Part shown: piece by piece, positions 61,031-64,000 of the stretch | Layout of the letters: each line of letters begins with the position of its first letter | Numbering within the stretch: the stretch's first letter is position 1 | Assembly: GCA_945871425.1 (NCBI GenBank) | Contig: CAMBVS010000010.1 | Location: 6,543 to 70,542 of the forward strand | Length of the DNA: 64,000 nucleotides | Reading direction: 5' to 3' | Origin: Rhizobium sp. Q54 | Lineage (GTDB): Bacteria > Pseudomonadota > Alphaproteobacteria > SHVZ01 | Notes under the pieces: model-generated | Told to the model about the DNA's origin: nothing | Seen by the model: the letters and a program-made list of their open reading frames with translations, nothing else | Databases searched by the model: none | Program-made: the position numbers and the translations under genes

Positions 61031-62149
61031 TCAGGCCGCCGCGCCGGCTTTGCCGACAAGACGCTGGGCCAGCGACGCCTCGAGGAAGCGGTCGATGTCG
61101 CCGTCCAGCACGGCGCCGGAATTGCCCGTCTCGACCCCGGTCCTCAAGTCCTTCACCATCTGATAGGGCTGCAGCACGTAGGAGCGGATCTGGTGGCCCC
61201 AGCCGATGTCCGACTTCGACTCGGCTTCCTTCGCCGCCACCGCTTCGCGCTTTTGCAGCTCGGCCTCGTAGAGCCGCGCCTTCAACATCTCCATCGCCAT
61301 CGCGCGGTTCCTGTGCTGGGAGCGGTCGGTCTGGCAGGCGACCACGATGCCGGTCGGGATGTGGGTGATGCGGATGGCGCTCTCGGTCTTGTTGACATGC
61401 TGCCCGCCCGCACCCGAGGCCCGATAGGTGTCGACCCGGAGATCCTTGTCCACGACCTCGACCTCGATCGTGTCGTCGATCACCGGGTAGACCCAGGCCG
61501 AGGCGAAGCTGGTGTGCCGGCGCGCCTGTGAATCGAAGGGCGAGATGCGGACGAGACGGTGGACGCCGGACTCCGTCTTGAGCCAGCCATAGGCGTTCGG
61601 GCCGATGACCTTGATCGTCGCCGACTTGATGCCGGCCTCTTCACCGGGGCTCTCCTCGACGAACTCGGTCTTGTAGCCCTTGGCCGAGGCCCAGCGCGTG
61701 TACATGCGGAGCAGCATCAAGGCCCAGTCCTGGGCCTCGGTACCGCCGGTGCCGGCATGGATCTCGAGGTAGCAGTCGTTGGCGTCGGCCTCGCCCGAGA
61801 GCAGGCTTTCCAGCTGCTTCTTGGCGGCCATGGCCGCGACCTTGGTGAGCTCCGCCTCGGCCTCGGCCAAGGTCGCCTGGTCGTTCTCGGCCTCGGCCAG
61901 CTCGATCAGGCCGACCGCGTCCTCGAGCCCCTGCTCGATCTGGCGGATGTCGCCCAGCGCCTTCTCAAGCTGGGTGCGCTCGCGCATCAACGCCTGGGCC
62001 TTGGCGGCGTCGTTCCAGAGCGCCGGGTCCTCGGCGCCGCGATTCAGCTCGTCGAGACGCCTGCTCGCCTTGTCCCAGTCAAAGAGACCTCCTCAGCAGT
62101 TCCAGCGACTGCTTGATCTCGGCGACGGTCTGCTCGGTCTCGGCACGCA
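61031..62149 (-). CDS. prfB: Peptide chain release factor 2, with programmed +1 frameshift site (plus an apparent extra 1-nt deletion, see findings)
   Basis: The body carries SPF and GGQ ([31 protein letters not shown]). The leader from GTG 62149 reads [23 protein letters not shown], then AGGAGG-TCT-CTT-TGA-C (TGA at 62080-62078). Confidence 0.9.
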
Positions 62150-62220
62150 CGACGGCTCTCCTTCTTCGCGGCGCCGGAACCTGCCGCGCGCCGCCTACGA
62201 ACACAAGGACGAAGTCGGCG

Positions 62221-62838
62221 TCAGGTCAGCGGCAGCGCCACGTGCCGGGCATAGGCCGGCCTCGCCTTCAGCCGCTCGTAGTAGCCGGCGAGGTTCGGCA
62301 GGTTGCCGCGCTCGATCGGGAACTGGTGCCAGCGATGGACGAAGACGCCGAGCCCAATGTCGCCGATCGAGAAGTTCTTGCCGGCGATGTAGGGCTGGCT
62401 GGCGAGCTGGTTGTCGACGATGGTCCACAGCTCGATCGCCTTGACCCTAGCGGCCTCGAGCGCGGCGGGATCGCGCTTGTCCGGCGGTGTGCGGACATAA
62501 CCCCAGAACAGCGGGCCGTTGGGACCGCCGAGGGTGAAGCCCCAGTCCATCCACTTCTCGGCCAGCGCCCGCTTGCCCGGATTCTCGATCCACAGCGTCG
62601 ACTTGCCGTACTTGACGGCGAGGTAGCGCACGATCGTGTTCGATTCCCACAGCACCAGGTCGCCGTCCTCGATGGTCGGCACCAGGGCGTTCGGGTTCAT
62701 CGCCAGGTATTTCGGCTCCTTGACCACGCCGAAGGCGCCGCCGGCGTCGATCCGCTCATATTTCGCCCCGACCTCGTCGGCCGCCCACAACACCTTCTGG
62801 ACGTTCGACGAATTGGTTCGACCCCAGATCCGGACCAC
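62221..62838 (-). CDS. Glutathione S-transferase
   Basis: 205 aa. N-domain RIWGRTNSSNVQKVLWAADEVG...NPNALVPTIEDGDLVLWESNTIVRYL, followed by a helical C-domain. Confidence 0.85.
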   Translation of the reverse strand: MVRIWGRTNSSNVQKVLWAADEVGAKYERIDAGGAFGVVKEPKYLAMNPNALVPTIEDGDLVLWESNTIVRYLAVKYGKSTLWIENPGKRALAEKWMDWGFTLGGPNGPLFWGYVRTPPDKRDPAALEAARVKAIELWTIVDNQLASQPYIAGKNFSIGDIGLGVFVHRWHQFPIERGNLPNLAGYYERLKARPAYARHVALPLT

Positions 62839-63026
62839 CGTTTCCTCCCTCGAGCCTGCTCAGTCGTAAAGCCCTACACGCTACGGTCGCGCGTCCGCAA
62901 GCCCCACGGCCTTGACGGCGACCCCGGGAATGCTAGGTTTCATGCGACATCCTATCGTCACGGGAGCAGGCCATCCTGAGCGCCGGACGCGGAGTAGAGG
63001 CGCCTCGAAGGGTATCCGGGAAAACC

Positions 63027-64000
63027 TTGGCCAAGAAGCTGTTCGTCCGCACCTATGGCTGTCAGATGAACGTCTACGACTCCGCCCGCATGGCGGATGT
63101 CCTGGCGCCGCTCGGCTATGCCCCGGCCGAGAGGCCCGAAGCCGCCGACATGGTCATCCTCAACACCTGCCACATCCGCGAGAAGGCCGCCGAGAAGACC
63201 TTCTCCGAGCTCGGCCGCCTGAACCTGGTGAAGCAGGAGAGGCAGGCTCGGGGGCAGGATATGACCATCGCCGTCGCCGGCTGCGTCGCCCAGGCCGAGG
63301 GCGGCGAGATCCTGAGGCGCGCGCCCTATGTCGACATCGTCGTCGGCCCGCAGAGCTACCACCAGCTGCCGGAGCTGGTCGCGCGCGTGGCGCGCGCCGG
63401 CGGCCAGGCGCTGGCGACCGACTTCCCGGCGGAGCCGAAGTTCGACCACCTGCCGGACGACGGCGCCGCCCGGGGGCCGCAGGCCTTCCTCTCGGTCCAG
63501 GAGGGCTGCGACAAGTTCTGCACCTTCTGCGTCGTGCCCTACACGCGGGGATCGGAGTATTCGCGCGGCGTCGCTGCCATCCTCGCCGAGGCGGAGCGGT
63601 TGGCCCGCCAGGGCGCGGTCGAGATCACGCTCCTCGGCCAGAACGTCAATGCCTTCCATGGCGAGGGGCCGGGCGGCGGCATCTGGGGCCTCGGCCGGCT
63701 TCTCCGCCGGATCGCCGAGATCGACGGCGTTCGGAGGCTTCGCTACACCACCTCCCATCCGGGCGATCTCGACGACGAGCTGATCCGGACGCACCGCGAC
63801 GAAGCGAAGCTGATGCCGTTCCTGCACCTGCCGGTGCAGTCGGGGTCCGACCGCATCCTCCAGGCGATGAACCGCCGGCATACGGCTGCGGACTATCTCC
63901 GCCTGGTCGAGCGACTGCGAGCCGCCCGGCCGGACCTGGCGCTCTCCTCCGATTTCATCGTGGGTTTCCCCGGCGAGACCGAAGCTGACTTCGAGGCGAC
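63027..64000 (+). CDS. miaB: tRNA-i6A37 methylthiotransferase MiaB, 3'-partial
   Basis: (TTG)[21 protein letters not shown]0004 domain, radical SAM motif [18 protein letters not shown], and [12 protein letters not shown]. This frame has no stop before the window end, so it is absent from the ORF track; the overlapping track ORFs are shadows. Confidence 0.92.
   Translation, partial: MAKKLFVRTYGCQMNVYDSARMADVLAPLGYAPAERPEAADMVILNTCHIREKAAEKTFSELGRLNLVKQERQARGQDMTIAVAGCVAQAEGGEILRRAPYVDIVVGPQSYHQLPELVARVARAGGQALATDFPAEPKFDHLPDDGAARGPQAFLSVQEGCDKFCTFCVVPYTRGSEYSRGVAAILAEAERLARQGAVEITLLGQNVNAFHGEGPGGGIWGLGRLLRRIAEIDGVRRLRYTTSHPGDLDDELIRTHRDEAKLMPFLHLPVQSGSDRILQAMNRRHTAADYLRLVERLRAARPDLALSSDFIVGFPGETEADFEA

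Noticed and set aside
62912-63988. 358-aa plus-strand and 307-aa minus-strand ORFs (62958-63881) near the window end
   Set aside because: Both are shadows of miaB. miaB is in a third frame that has no stop before the window end, and so is missing from the ORF track.

Overview
High-GC (hand-counted about 65-75% in core genes) chromosomal segment that looks alphaproteobacterial, probably Hyphomicrobiales/Rhizobiales-like. Supporting markers are a C4-pathway 5-aminolevulinate synthase (hemA), mipZ, an aapJQM-type amino-acid permease, a small 272-aa flagellin, a PhrR/PraR-like regulator and a CtrA-type box. I can support about 58 protein genes: mostly housekeeping and transport, namely gltD/gltB, phoR-phoU-phoB, galU-ugd-pmm, clpS-clpA, prfB, miaB, two ABC importers and several CoA ligases and oxidoreductases. 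I recognised no rRNA, tRNA, CRISPR array, transposase or integrase. Many long ORFs in the six-frame track are antisense or shadow ORFs typical of high-GC DNA; I chose frames by family motifs and third-position GC. The observations most worth follow-up are: (1) a lower-GC 374-codon gene wedged between gltD and gltB and overlapping the gltB start, encoding an unassigned N-terminal domain fused to a DUF29 domain; (2) a lower-GC glycan cassette (about 20.3-27.7 kb) in which a 717-aa B12-binding radical SAM enzyme heads a CDP-3,6-dideoxyhexose operon (ddhA/B/C-like) that lacks the E3 reductase and any export or polymerase genes; (3) prfB has the classic programmed +1 frameshift site but also an apparent 1-nt deletion about 15 codons downstream, which puts the body back in the leader frame; (4) a pho locus lacking pstCAB but carrying a clear Pho box; and (5) candidate operators upstream of the phasin, praR-like, flagellin and Fe(3+)-binding-protein genes. 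All functional calls come from reading the translated ORFs from memory of the families. No database search was run.
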